A stretch of 63,179 nt of DNA, the filler included, from Octopus bimaculoides (lineage: Eukaryota), in NCBI RefSeq assembly GCF_001194135.2. It is 6 parts of 5 records of this genome, joined end to end, with 100 filler letters (N's around TTAATTAATTAA, not from the genome) between each part and the next. Parts side by side here need not be neighbours in the genome. Positions count along the whole stretch, not along the records: positions 36,173 to 56,184 come from NC_069000.1; 5 more parts are not named here. The stretch is one strand, 5' to 3'. Within the stretch, counting starts at the first letter, position 1; the number at the start of each line of letters is the position of its first letter. The position numbers and the translations under genes are program-made. This document shows positions 38,076 through 51,224 of this stretch, one piece after another. Under the pieces are notes generated by a model. That model did no database searches. It was not told the origin of the DNA and worked only from the letters and a program-made list of their open reading frames with translations.

Positions 38076-39297
38076 TGTTGGTCTGTCTGTCTCTCTGTAT
38101 GTTTCTATCAATCTATTGGGTAAATCGATTGATTTTTCATGTGTTTAATGCTATATGAACCAGGACTTTGAAAACGGTCTTTGCAAAATCCAAAAGACTA
38201 TGAAGACGTTTACATTTTTGTACTCTTATATGAAGAGAATGGTGTAAAATGTTAAGGAGGGGATGTCACTCTCACTGTTTTATTTTATTGTTTTGTTTTG
38301 GTTAGTTTGTTTTATTTGATTTTTACTTTTTTTTTTTACAAATGTAAAGACACACGAAGCCAAAAGATGAAAATAAGAGATGTTTGATGACCAAAAATAT
38401 CATCAGATATATGGCAAATAATGTCAACAACAACATCATAATCACCACAAACATCATATTCATCACCATGCTCAGTATACACATCATCAGTATTTGCATC
38501 AACATCATCAATAAATACAATCAAAACAACATCATCATCAACAACAATAAAAACTTTAAAAAATATTGGCATCAATCTACAGAACAATATTCGCAACAGA
38601 AAAAAAAAACAGAAGCAATATTAACATCATCTGCATCAGTACAACAAGAAAAATACAAAAATGACCACCACCACCTCTAACTCATTTACCACCACCACTA
38701 CAAAAAACAACAACAACAACAACAATAACAGCAATAATTTACACGAGTCAACTAGGAACAGTTTGCGCGATCGATCGGCCAACAGAAAGTTGCAGCCATG
38801 ATTCTCCCAAGTTAAATGCTACTACCTGTTTCTTTAAAGAATATTGCGGATAATGTAGTTCTGTTTATCGCTCAGGATCCGGGATTGTCAAATATTGAAT
38901 GTGTGTAATCATAAGTGTGTTTGACCGCTACTGACTAGGGATTCCAAAATCAGCAACTAACAAGCTGCAAGATAAACTCTGATGGAGGTATTGCCTATCT
39001 AGACGGAATAATTTTGTAAAATGTATTTGATACATATAACGATCGCCATTTTGTACGTACACAGATACACAGGCACAAAGAACAATAGCATCTAAATACA
39101 TGAATAAAACACGCCAACAACAACGCACTCAAAAACAAAATAAATACACACAAACAACTATCGCAACAGCAAGGAAACTCAAGATTCCCACCATGAAGTC
39201 TTCACAAAGACATAATGACACCCATTACGAGATTATGTGAATCACTGTCTGTCAAGCAACCAAAATTTGTAAATACACGTGTGTATGCACACACATT

Positions 39298-39333
<36 letters not shown>

Positions 39334-39632
39334 TGCACACATTCACACACATGCTTAGACATACACCATTTTTTCACAACCTCCATATAATGTAAAGTTG
39401 TCATGTAAATAAAGATATGTCATTGTTTATTGGTGTTTTCTCTTTGTTGTTCTTGAGTTTTTGTGCTGTTATGTTTAATGGCATTTCTCTCCAGCTCTGA
39501 TCACTATACATGTCAGGATGTAACGCGTATTGAATGGATACAGGCTCCTGATTTCAGCACTTTTAGTAGTTTTATCAAAATAAAAAGGGGTGATGCCTTT
39601 ATTGGATGATAACAGAAAAATAAAGCCCAAAC

Positions 39633-40040
39633 AACACTCTTTTACTCTTTTACTTGTTTCAGTCATTTGACTGTCGCCATGCTGGGGCACCGCCTTTAGT
39701 CGAGTAAATCTTTGTAAGCCTGGCACTTATTCTATCGGTCTCTTTTGCCGAACCGCTAAGTTACGGAGACGTAAACACACCAGCATCGGTTGCCAAGCGA
39801 TGCTGGGTGACAAGCACAGACACACAAACATATACACACGCACGCACACACACACACACACACACATATATATACATATACATATATACGACGTGCTTCT
39901 TTCAGTTTCCGTCTACCAAATCCACTCAAAAGGCTTTGGTCGGCCCGAGGCTTTAGTAGATGACACTTGCCCAAGGGACTGAACCGGGAACCATGTGGTT
40001 GGTAAGCAAGCTACTTACCACACAGCCACTCATACGCCTA
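39633..40040 (-). mobile_element. Full SINE family A
   Basis: Tail B, (CA/TA)n and head with A/B-box-like motifs. Confidence 0.85.
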
Positions 40041-40084
40041 TTATATAAAGTTATTGTTTATATACTTACATATATTTTTGTATT

Positions 40085-40460
40085 TCATCTTTTACTTATT
40101 TCAGTCAATGGATTGCAGAAATGCTGGGGCACCGCCTGGCAGACTTTTTAGTCGAACGAATCGACCCCAGTACTTTTTTAAAGTCTGGTGCTTCATCTAT
40201 TGGTATCTTTTGTCTAACCGCTAAGTCACTAGAGCGTAAACCAAAACTGGTTTCAAGTGGTGGTAATGTTGGGGGGAGGCAAACATAGGCACAAAGTCAA
40301 ACACACACACACATACACATACATATATATGGCTTCTTTCAGTTACCGTCTATGAAGTCAACTTACAAGGTTTTGGTCAGCCCGAAGCTATAGTAGAAGA
40401 CATTTGCCCAAGCTACCCCGCATGTGGTTGGGAAGCAAGCTTCTTACCCCACGGCTACTC
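40085..40460 (-). mobile_element. Second, more diverged full SINE family A in tandem
   Basis: Same organisation as 39633-40040. Confidence 0.75.
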
Positions 40461-41693
40461 ATTTTATATTAATATGCACGAAATATACCTTAGCAACTAT
40501 GCGTCTTGTCATCATTATATCCCCCTATATTATTGCAGTAAACATGAATTCATTAGACGTTTATAAATGAAGCTATAGACGCTATAAATGAAATAATGTT
40601 GACCATAACTTACTGAATCGTAAACAAGTCAATATTTAATAATTTTCCGCCAGTTTCTCAAATACGGAGGACCTAAAACTCTCCTGTTTTCTTACATTTC
40701 CCTGCTGTCGTTTTTACCCTGAAAAAGGACTCGATGCGAAACGTTCGATACCCACACCCCAAGTAATTTTACTGTACTCTCTCTGGCGATTTTCCCAAAT
40801 AATACAAGCATAGCATCATCAGTCTCTCTGGATTACGTTTCTCTATTAAATCTTAAATGCGTTGGTGTAGAAACAAGTACATGCTGACAAACCAAATTAA
40901 TATGAGTTGTCATCCGATGATAATGAAAGAGCGATGTAACACAAGCATTCAATTATCAGAATAAAGCTGTGAAATTGTAGTCTCACTTAATAACTTAGCA
41001 GGGGGGTTTTCTGATACATTGTCTAAGTAAGCATTATATAGTGTATATGTTGGCATCAAGTAAGCATTATACTGACAATGTTACTCTGTTTAGTAATCCG
41101 TCAGCATGACTCTAAAACAGTTATATAAGAGATGATATATCTAATCGCCATTACATTACAAAGCCAAATTATTTTGAGATATATTGTGAAAAAGCACAAA
41201 TCAGAATTAGTCGATTATTTGGAATTATCTTTTTCATCCAGGCAACAGGATCATACACGTTTCGATTTTCATTGGGATCTCTAAGGCATAAGTACAACCT
41301 CGCTGACTTATGCTGAAGTTTTAACGAATCTGTCGCTAAAAGAATATACTAGATCGGATGTTTGTTGCTCTGGAGTGTAAAAAAAAATGCTGATAAATTG
41401 AACTTGTCAAGGAAACCATTCATATGCTAATCAGGTTGTGTCGCTGAAGTTATATTAAACGATAATAACATTGACAAGTGAAATTATGCTTAGATAGGCA
41501 CAGAGACAAGGAATTACTGACAAAATAGATTATTCTGGTGCGTCATGCAGACGATCATTTGACAATTATATACGGTGAAAACATATTTCTTGATTATTGC
41601 ATCTAATAAAAAAAAGTGTCAGTTATATTGCGATAAGTGCAGACAATAATATTCGCTAAAATCAACAAACACTGCGTACAGATGAATGTAAAC

Positions 41694-41745
<52 letters not shown>

Positions 41746-41899
41746 TATGCTATACTATACTACACTGTTTCGTTAAGATAGGATGAACAAAAACAGTACT
41801 CCATTCAGTAAGAGATAAACACCAGTTAACGAACTCAGTTTTAGAATAAGAGCTACTAATAATTTCTTGGCATGCAGATATCGCAATTAGGTATATAAC

Positions 41900-42416
41900 T
41901 TCCCTTGTCTCCAAGCAATCTTCAGGATCAGAGTACAAGGGTTAATTCTATTTGAAAACCAGAATACTGTTACCTCAGAAACCACGAGAAAGAAAAATCA
42001 GAAGGCTGATGCAAAAAGTGGAATGAGAAGGCAGAGTAAATAAATCGGAAAGGAAACGAAAGAAAATAAGGTAAATTAAGAGTAACATCACTTTTAATCG
42101 CAGAAATAATTAATCTAGATAGTGTAGAATAATTCCACGGTGCGGAGTCCAAAGTCTGCGAAACAGCTGGTCAGTTCGGAGAGGGTAGTGTCCTCTAGTT
42201 CGACAAAAAAAATTTGTTCATGTGCTTGCATTTGCTGAAAATTTCATGTCTAGAATTAAGTGGTGTGGCGGAATTCTGCGATCTGTTTATATGTTATTCC
42301 TTAAATAATAGAACTTGCCATGTTCCCTAGGCCTGAAGATTGCATGGCAAAAGTTGTTAGTAACACTTACGTAAAAGCTGTGTTCATTTAATTACACCCA
42401 CATATATATACATATT

Positions 42417-42450
<34 letters not shown>

Positions 42451-43035
42451 TGTATGTATGTATGTATGTATGTGGGGGGAATCTGTATGTATATATATAT
42501 GTGTGTGTATGTATATATGTATGCATATGTATATCCTAGTTTACTGTTCCGGTAATGTAGGATCAACACAAAAGGTATTACATCCAGTTACAGATAAATA
42601 TCAATTCAAATTACATTGTATTACAATAAGAATCGGTAATAATTCCTTACCATTGGGATACGCCGTTAGGCAGGGTTTTATAATGTGCCTTGTGTTTCCA
42701 AGCAATCTCGAGGCTCTGAGCACATGGTTTGTTCTATTTGAAAAACAGGACGCTGGTTCATGAGAAGCCACAGTGAGAAACGAGAAAGTCAATGAAAAAA
42801 GTGGAATAAATAGTAAAAAAAGTTATTATAAATAGAATTTGAAAGGAAAGAAAATAAAGAAATTAGAGTTACCTTCTCTTCGACCTTAACCAATGTCTGC
42901 TGGATAGTTGCTCGGCTTGGAGAGGGTGATGTACCCCAATTCGACAAAAGAATTGTGTCCATATGCTTGCATTTGCCGAAAATTTTGGATCTGGAATTAA
43001 GTAGTGTGGTGGAAATTCTTGGATCTGAAAACAAT
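41900..43035. repeat. Two diverged direct copies of a ~400-bp block (about 41900-42330 and 42690-43035)
   Basis: Shared strings include CCAAGCAATCT, TTCTATTTGAAAA, AAAAAGTGGAAT, TTCGACAAAA, TGCTTGCATTTGC.GAAAATTT and GAATTAAGT.GTGTGG. Confidence 0.7.
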
Positions 43036-43149
43036 GCGTGATTATTCTATAACACATAAGTTGAATCTCATAGATCGATTTACATATGGCATAGATTTCT
43101 CCACGATTATTCATTATAGATAGTATGTGGTGTACAACTGGTCTTCAAA

Positions 43150-44350
43150 TCCCATATTAGATGCTTTACGCTTGACAAAAGTTTATTTGAGTGTGCATTT
43201 GAGTATGGTAAAGACGGAAAGAAGGAGAGGAAGAACTTCGTTGGCAGAGACCCTGAGTGCTGTCTGTGTGCGTCACTTTTCTTTCTGCTGTTGAAGAGGT
43301 AATGGTGCATCTGCTGCTGGTGTTGTTACTGGTGTTGGAGCTATTACTAGTGTTGGTGTTCTTCCAGCAGTTGCTGATTTTAATGTTCCTTACGTTGATG
43401 TTGCCGTTCTTGCCGGGATTGGTGCCACTTTTGTTATTGTTCGCTAATGATTTTGTTGTTTCTTTGGGGATCTGATGCTATTAGTAAGAGAGTCCTATAG
43501 CTCTCTGTTTTACGTTGAAAGCAAGAAGCATTCAAGTGGCCTGTCTTCCCGCAAATTTGGCACTGAAGCCTTCTATCCTCAACTATAACATGCAACTCTT
43601 CCACTCCCCGAAAGCGAATATGGTCTAAGATCTTGTGGATTGTGTCTGATTTGATGTTGAATAGCATCTCGACACTGATCCCAGATCAATTTTCATGATA
43701 GGTTCGCTTCACTTCCAAGAGGCAGATACTCCCTTTCAAGACAACGGGTGGAATTAACTCGGGTGGAATTCCTGAGATCTTCACTTTCACCATCCTCCTT
43801 CCTAAATATGATGGATGGGGAACATATTTTCACTCTAACGGAACCACAAAGTGTTTGGCGGCCACAACTTCACTCTTGAAGAGCAATGAAATGCGCGAAT
43901 ATATACTGAATGTCAGGCATTATTTCTTTTAGACTGACTAGCTACATCTGGCCATTTTCTGTTTATGGAAAAACCTTTACTGTTTTTAAGTGTTTCTGCC
44001 AACACCTCGGTTTCCAGGCCTGTGATTTTTCCAGCTTGATTAATTTGGTTCCTTGGGCCAGGCTTGTCTTTTTGTAGGATATCCATATTATACAGTTCAA
44101 TATCCTTAGCGACCGTTGCTGCGAATGCATTGTTGTTGTTTTTGTATTGAGTCTCGTTATTGCTATTCATGTTGGAAATAAATTTGCATACGTGCTGCAG
44201 AAATAAATTTGCATTTGTGTTGTATTGTTTGTGCTCTTGTCCTTCTGTCAGACTTTTTGTTGTTGTAGTGGTGTTGGTGATGGAGCTGGTGCTGACCATG
44301 TTTGTTGATGTCTCTGGTGTTGTCACTTTCATTGAGGGAAGTCAATTTCA
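43150..44350 (-). mobile_element. Decayed Tx1/L1-type ORF1 (gag-like) with CCHC zinc knuckle
   Basis: CQICGKTGHLNASC (CX2CX4HX4C) at 43521-43562, preceded by VKVKISGIPPE and followed by a low-complexity tract. Contains stops and frameshifts. Confidence 0.7.
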
Positions 44351-44789
44351 TAGCTGGAATTAAATTCCCGTGTTGTGTTGTCGTTGTTGTTGCTGCTGCT
44401 GTTGGTCGTTATAGTGGTAGTGTAGTCCACTGGACTTTGAACTTGGTGAGTGTTTTCCTCCCTTTGCATTCGAGGATTGGAAGCGAATGGCACAGACGTG
44501 TATTGCAACTCACTATTAGAGCTACCTCTGACGTCCTCTCTTCTATGTCATCGAGGAGGGCAGACATCACCATGCTTCTGTTAAAGATTATTTTATCGCA
44601 AAAACAGAAATGAAAATTTTGTTTTCGAATTTAACCCCGCAAGGGGCAAAACATAGGCAAGCGTCTGCAGGCCTGTGCAATGTTTGTGGCTTCAACAAAC
44701 GTTTTGTAACAAAATTAAACAATTAACAAGTTTTGGAGACACGAATAAACAAATAAAATTTCGATCGATACGACAAACGTCCAGCTAGT

Positions 44790-44816
44790 ACGAATGATGA
44801 CGACAACGACGACGAC

Positions 44817-44872
<56 letters not shown>

Positions 44873-44900
44873 CGACGATGACGACGACGATGATGATGAC

Positions 44901-44948
<48 letters not shown>

Positions 44949-44975
44949 AACAATAATAATGATGATGATGATGAT
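44790..44975. repeat. (GAT)n/(GAC)n microsatellite
   Basis: About 60 units. Confidence 0.95.
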
Positions 44976-44981
44976 ATAAAT

Positions 44982-45129
44982 CAGCCATGGGTAAACTGCG
45001 GGCCGAAAGACTTTCCGAATGACACACCTGACGAAAAACCATCTTGAATTCTTTTTACTAGTGCGACCCGCGACTAATGATCACTCACATTTCATACGGC
45101 CCGCTTCTCACAAAGGCTGCCTATACCTG
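44982..45129. mobile_element. Possible degenerate hAT/Charlie-like MITE
   Basis: CAGCCATGGGTAAACTGCGGGCC ... GGCCCGC...AGGCTGCCTATACCTG resembles Charlie-type ends. No convincing TSD. Confidence 0.35.
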
Positions 45130-45349
45130 TTACAAAGCATAACGTATATATTAATGATTATCAAACTTTTTGATACACCATAGCATTGGGAAAATATTAA
45201 CCATTCTTATATTTTTCAGAACTGCACATTAATCCTTGGCTTTGTTCTGAAAGTTATATTTTCCACACAGAGTAAGGAGTTGGATCAAACTGCAGAGCAA
45301 GTCAGATTGTACACTATGAAGTATTATTATTATTTCTGTTAACGCATTT

Positions 45350-46250
45350 TTTACTTTCTGGGTCTGATTGAAGAACAGTGCACGTGACCTTCTCATGTCC
45401 TCCGGGAATCGTGAAATTAATGGCATTAATGATCCATTTAAACTATTACAAGTCAACCCCTATAGGAAAGACATACTGGAAGATCCTGAGGGCTAATGTT
45501 TTAAGGATTAATGGTTAGATTTAGTGGTTACTGCAAAGATTTGAGTCTTAAAAGCAATACGTGGGGATTAAAATAAAAGAAACGAGCGAGTTCGGAGTGT
45601 CTGAAAGGAAGTAACTCGAAACACTCAAATTCCGATAAGTAGAAGCGAAATTTATTTCAGCTGTATAAAATTCCTCCTGAGAGCCTATTTCTCGGGTGAT
45701 TTTGTCTTGACAGAAGCTGTGCTGGCGATCGATAAAGATGATAAGCATATTCAAGGCGTTTAACACCGTCGTCCTTGATAGCCATCTCATTTTTTTTCTT
45801 TTAAGAAATATTAGAAATGTATTAGAATGCGATTTGGCAAGATGTGCACTGTGTTTGTAATTCTTAGAATTGGGATGCAGCATGTTTCCAGAGATCAAGA
45901 TATATATCTTTAGAGAGGGAGGAAGTGAAGTGTAAGGTAGAATCGGATTTATTTCTGCGGCGCAATATTTGAAGATAATGGAAGAGATGTTGATAAGACC
46001 CCAAGATTTTCTTTGTTTGAAAATTGACAAGAGAAACCTTTGCATATACCATGTATGTATGCAAGGTAGTGAATCTAGTGGGTTGGTAGCAAATAGTTTT
46101 GAAGGAGATTTACCAAACCAACAAATTGCGGTGTCGAGTACAAAATTGGGAGCGAAGCCGTGTTTTTCTGTAAAAATTCTGAAAATCGGAAGAGATTATT
46201 TTGGTAATGAAAGGCCTTGAACGATCAGCAGCAGTTTTGGAAACTGAACA
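45350..46250 (-). mobile_element. Decayed CR1/L2/Jockey-type LINE RT fragment
   Basis: KSWGLINISSIIFKYCAAEINPIL and IDRQHSF resemble degenerate KSxGPDxI..ILK.CA and I.D.QHGF motifs. Clade is uncertain. Confidence 0.6.
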
Positions 46251-46503
46251 CCTTGAGATCTGTGCTGTGCATGATGATATATACTTCGTGATTCAAATAG
46301 TGGTCTTATAAGAGTAGCATTTCTAGTTAAATGCCACATAACTTTGCGAGGAAGGTTAAGTTTCTTCTGATTTTGAACGCCTAGTTTTCATTCTAAAAAG
46401 TAATTATTTTAGTTGTATTTCGATGTTAATTGTTTTCGTTTAATTTAGAACAGCCGGAGCAAAACTATGAGTGAACCACTAGAGAGACTTTGTGCATCGA
46501 TGT

Positions 46504-46608
<105 letters not shown>

Positions 46609-47119
46609 CATGAAGTTGTGCGCTTAGTGCTTAGAAGGATAGTTTCAGCCGCCTGCCTAACTGTTTCGAATACATCAGGTGCAAAGCTAAAAGTTCCGGC
46701 CAATCAGCTGACTTAAAAGGATATAAGAGCCAAGGTGAACCGTCTGTTGTATGGGCGGGGGGGCGTTGCGATCAGGCAGTGATCAGACGACTCGATAGTC
46801 GCAGAGAATATTAGAATCTGGTAGAAGTTTATTTTGACGGCGAGAAATATATCGAGGGATTTTGGAGTAACTCTGAGCCAATCATGGACCTGAGGTGGCG
46901 ATCGAACGCGATTCTGCATCGTTGCAAATGGAACATTTTGAACAAAACAACCATGCCTGTGCCTAGAATTGTAGACATAAAACCAACAAAATATTTAAAT
47001 ACTATAAAACAGTAATGTATACTGGTAGAAACAACAATATTTCGGACAATAAACCCACTGACCTTCCTTACAATTTTATATAAGAGAAATTTCAGCTTCA
47101 ATCACAAATTTAAAATTCA

Positions 47120-47345
47120 ATCAATATTGGTTTCAAATTCTGGGACAAGTCCAGCAAGTTCGGGGAAGTGAGTAAGTCGATTACATCAATACCAGTACTC
47201 CACTGGTACTTATTTTGTCGACCCTGAAAGGATGAAGGGCAACGTCGACCACAGCGGAATTTGAACTCAGAACGTAAAGACAGACGAAGTACCACTAAGG
47301 ATTATGCCAGGCGTGCTAACGATTCCACCAGCACACCGCCTTACT
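47120..47345 (-). mobile_element. SINE family C (tail type 3)
   Basis: Head and central domain as in 14409-14637, with a different tail. Confidence 0.75.
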
Positions 47346-47357
47346 ACTCCCTTAAAT

Positions 47358-47572
47358 ATTGCTTTCAAATTTTTAGCGCAAGGCCAGCAAGTTAGGGATA
47401 GCAGCTAAGTTGATTATGTTGCCGCGATGCTCAACTGGTAGGTATTTTATTTAACAAGACAGGATGAAAGGCAAAGTCGACCTCGCCGAAATTTGAAAAC
47501 AGAACGTAATGTCGAGAGAAATACCGCTAAGCATTTTGTCTGGCGTGCTAACGATTCTGCCAGCTCGATGCC
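47358..47572 (-). mobile_element. SINE family C (tail type 3), second tandem copy
   Basis: As above, more diverged. Confidence 0.7.
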
Positions 47573-48299
47573 TTGTTACTCCCGTAAATATTGGTATTTC
47601 ACCTTCAGTCTTACTATAGTATTATATTATTTTTTGTTTGCCATATTTTCCTACTACATCATTTACCAATATTTCTATCATCATTATACATATTTTATAT
47701 TCGCCTTATTATTATCTCTTATCAAACCATTTACCTGTGTGCGCGCGTCTGTATGCCTGAGCTTATCTTGGTATACATATATGTGTCTACATAAATTTTT
47801 TTCTAGATTTTCTTCATCGTATAAAGTATATAGTTTTATATTATAAACTTTAATGCTTTTATCCTTATTAAAGTAGATACTACATCATCTTTCATTAATA
47901 TTCATTTTTAACTTCAGCGTCTTCTTCCCAACACCGTTTTACCATTTAACGACCTTTTTTTTTTAGTTGTGAAAGCAAAAGTAATGTTTCTGTTTTAATT
48001 TTTAGCTAAATTTCAAATTGTGAATTATGTATATAAATAAGGTTTTTTTTTTATATTGTAATTTTTTTTATCTAATTCGATTTATCAACGTCAACACAAA
48101 TAATGTTACAAGTCGGCCAATTATTAACGAAATTGCCAAGAGTGGCAAACGTAAAGCAATAACAATTAAGTAGGAACCAACAAAGTTAAACAAATTTAAC
48201 CTTCAGGCAAGCACTACTATATATCTTTGCGATCTAGCCTCTGAAAATGGGACATCATTGACTGCCAGGTTTGTTATCTATCTACTCTATAATATATTC

Positions 48300-48900
48300 A
48301 AAAAAGTGTGGGATGTCGTAGATAGATCTGATTGCATGCTTGCGCGTTTACGAGGTAACTACAAGCGGTTTGCTAACAACATGATAAAAATTTTGTGCTC
48401 GGCATTGTGCGAAATCGTTGTCCGGAACTTGTCTAGTAAATTAACCTTGTGCATGTCTTTTCTCAGCATCGATTTACACAACTGAGTGAAGACGTCAAGC
48501 ATTCATAGGGTACAGCATCCAAACTAAGTGATTTGCCCCGCATAGAACTAATTACTACCATCCGTATCTCACATATTTTCAACCAAGATTTGCGGCAGGT
48601 CTTCGAAGTAAGTACTGAAGTCTACACTATTTTTGGGCCATCGCCCACCATGAACAGTTGAGTAAAGTGCCGCTGGAAATCCGCGCGTATTCTCTTGGAA
48701 TCGGGTCAAAATCCAAACCCTTGCCTCGTTACGCCTCTCCACTCCAACCGGTCAAACAGCTTTCTTTCCGCTGTATCTTACTGCGCATTAGCCCTTTTAA
48801 TGCAACATTCGAGTTTCGTGTTGCAGAAATGAAACAGAAAAGGTCAGCCCATTATTCGCGATGTTTTTTTCTAATTACCTCCTCTGAGTTCCTCACTAGC
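48300..48900 (-). mobile_element. Decayed Tx1/L1-type linker and RT N-terminal fragment
   Basis: Frameshifted RGKSLSLDAVPYE (GKSPGLDGLPYE-like), NAEHKIFIMLLANRL, and RSIYDI. Confidence 0.6.
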
Positions 48901-49434
48901 CCACTTTTTTCCCTTACTTTTTCTGAGAGTTGTATCATTGGTTGTTGACGTTTATCCTCATTAACAATCAACTAATTAATTAGTTAATACGATCGCGGTA
49001 AACTTTACGCGCTACTGAATCCCTGTTTATCATCTCTCTCTAGAGATTAAAAATTTGTGATCCTCGTAATAACCTATATGCCCACCTAATAAATACCCTA
49101 TCTAGATATCTTCTAGATGAATTAATACTGTTATCTCATGCTCACGATACACACTCGGGGATTTAGTCGGTACCTGCAAAGACATTCGGGATTATTTAAG
49201 CAGATTTTCAAAACTTTTATAATAATCAGCTTTTCCGAATACAAATGTACATCTGAAATGTAAATTACACTCTCCTTCCGATCACTAAAGGGTGTGACGT
49301 TCTCAAAAAGCTTCAAGACCTCGAATGAATCCAGTGCTATATGCGTGTCAGGGAATTGGCACTGCCTTCGCTACTGCGCACGTAAAGCTCTTCACCCCAA
49401 GCTTCCGGGTTCGATTCCAAGCAGTGACCTAAAC

Positions 49435-49506
<72 letters not shown>

Positions 49507-49507
<1 letters not shown>

Positions 49508-49811
49508 GGGATATGCCAATACACACAGATAGAGAAATTAAGGCAAATAGACCAGATATAGTTGTCAAAGATCACGAAGGAAAAAAATGCCTTCTAATTG
49601 ATGACAACGTTTCTCTAAAAGAAATGGAAAAACTTTCAAAATACAAAGACCTGGAAATNNNNNNNNNNTACTGGGTACTGCACACATTCTACGCAAAACA
49701 CTTTCAATACAGTAAACATAAGAGCACCACAGCAAACCACAGCACATACCCAAGGCGCACAGAGCTGCGCTCGGTAGTGAAGTGAAAGCACGTTATAAAA
49801 ATAAAACTACT
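49507..49811 (+). mobile_element. R4/Dong lineage 1 3' end
   Basis: PIHTDREIKANRPDIVVKDH..KEMEKLSKYKDLE. The visible 3' part is identical by eye to 187-331. Confidence 0.9.
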
Positions 49812-49836
49812 GAATAATAATAATAATAATAATAAT

Positions 49837-49870
<34 letters not shown>

Positions 49871-49917
49871 TCGAAAAGTACCTTAGGAATGAGAACCCAG
49901 GTTCGAAATTTCCCTAA

Positions 49918-49963
49918 GACACCTGAAGAAGGTTGGAGAGTATATCAGCCGAAGCGTTGTGTT
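49918..49963 (+). ncRNA. Hammerhead motif, family H, core mutated (GAAG for GAAA)
   Basis: gacac-CTGAAGA-a-ggttg..cagcc-GAAGCGTT-gtgtt. Confidence 0.55.
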
Positions 49964-51224
49964 AACAACAAACAAGATGAGGACAAATATCCGTTGAATG
50001 TAAATAATGTACATAATTCCTCATCTCTCAAATATAGAACTGAACTACTGACTCAGCTTCCGTGTTCACATACATTGCCCATACTTTGGGTGTTTGTGAG
50101 TTTATCTTTTGTTCTGTACCTCCTTGCCTTGGTGCTTTCTATTTGGCATAGTTCCAATATGGCTTTGTAACCCTTGAGTATCATTATGAATTACAAATCC
50201 CTTTTGACCGCACCTAACCATATGTTATATGTTTCTTAGTATTTCTTCCACCACTCACCCATATTGTCACTCTCGTGTTCCTTTGGACCGTTGGACCGGA
50301 ACACAAATGTACAGCCAAGAGATATATCTAATAGCTTCAGCCAATGTTTTGGCTGAGCGTTTACTTCTAAAGATACAATAGATAGTGGCATCAGTTTTGC
50401 CATTTTTTAATTAAGAAAAGTTCATGCGATATATCCTAGACAGCCGGTTGTACTACTTGATGTAAGGAGTGAAATTTAGCCCGCTTATTTGTTCCACAAG
50501 CAGATAAAATTTTATTCTTGCCCTCTCTTGGATTATCTCATAGGGCGAAGAAATGTTGCTCGATCGATTTTATAAAATTTTCCCACCCACACTTCCTTTT
50601 TGTATCAATGTGAAACTCTGTTTAGTTTCTATTTGTCATCACACAGCATTTGTATTAACGGTCCGCAAAATTTGAAATCATATGAGAGTCTCTACTACCG
50701 TTGTTATTGCTAATACTGTCATTGTCTACTCATTCGAGTATTTCAGTATTTTCTTCTATTAATTTTCACCAAAACGTATACTTCCTTCATCTTCTTTTGC
50801 TTTCTGTTCTGTGTTTACATTTTGAGGGAAATTTTTTTAATATATTTTAAATATTTTTTGCAATCTTATATCAAAGTATTCCGTGTGTGGAAAGATTAAA
50901 TCTGAGATCATCGCCAAGCAGAATTTAAGAAACCGCAAAATAAAATGAAAGAAAACTGTTTAAATGTAAATCATTTCAAGAAACTGAAAGATTTCTTTCA
51001 TATATGATATATATGAAGCATAGTTTCTTCCAGATGCGTTGTCGCGGCAAAGCACGTGAGCAAAAGTAGCTGTGCAACAGGGCTAGGAACAAAACTGTGA
51101 GTATGAAAATTAATCACATATACATTCCCATTTCTACATATATGTATATTATTGTTTCTTGCTTACACATAAACAAATATAATGCTTATATAATTCTCGC
51201 ACACGAATACTATAAGCTTCTAAT

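Larger units (their letters stand above)
49395..50042 (+). mobile_element. SINE family H (tRNA head plus hammerhead tail), 5'-truncated and interrupted by a Dong insertion
   Basis: B-box head 49395-49434, (AAT)n, Dong 49507-49811, (AAT)n(AAC)n, tail 49870-50042 homologous to 53148-53340. Confidence 0.75.

Noticed and set aside
40715-40752. CCTGAAAAAGG...CGAAACGTT resembling family H
   Set aside because: G8 is lost, and there is no stem I or good stem II.
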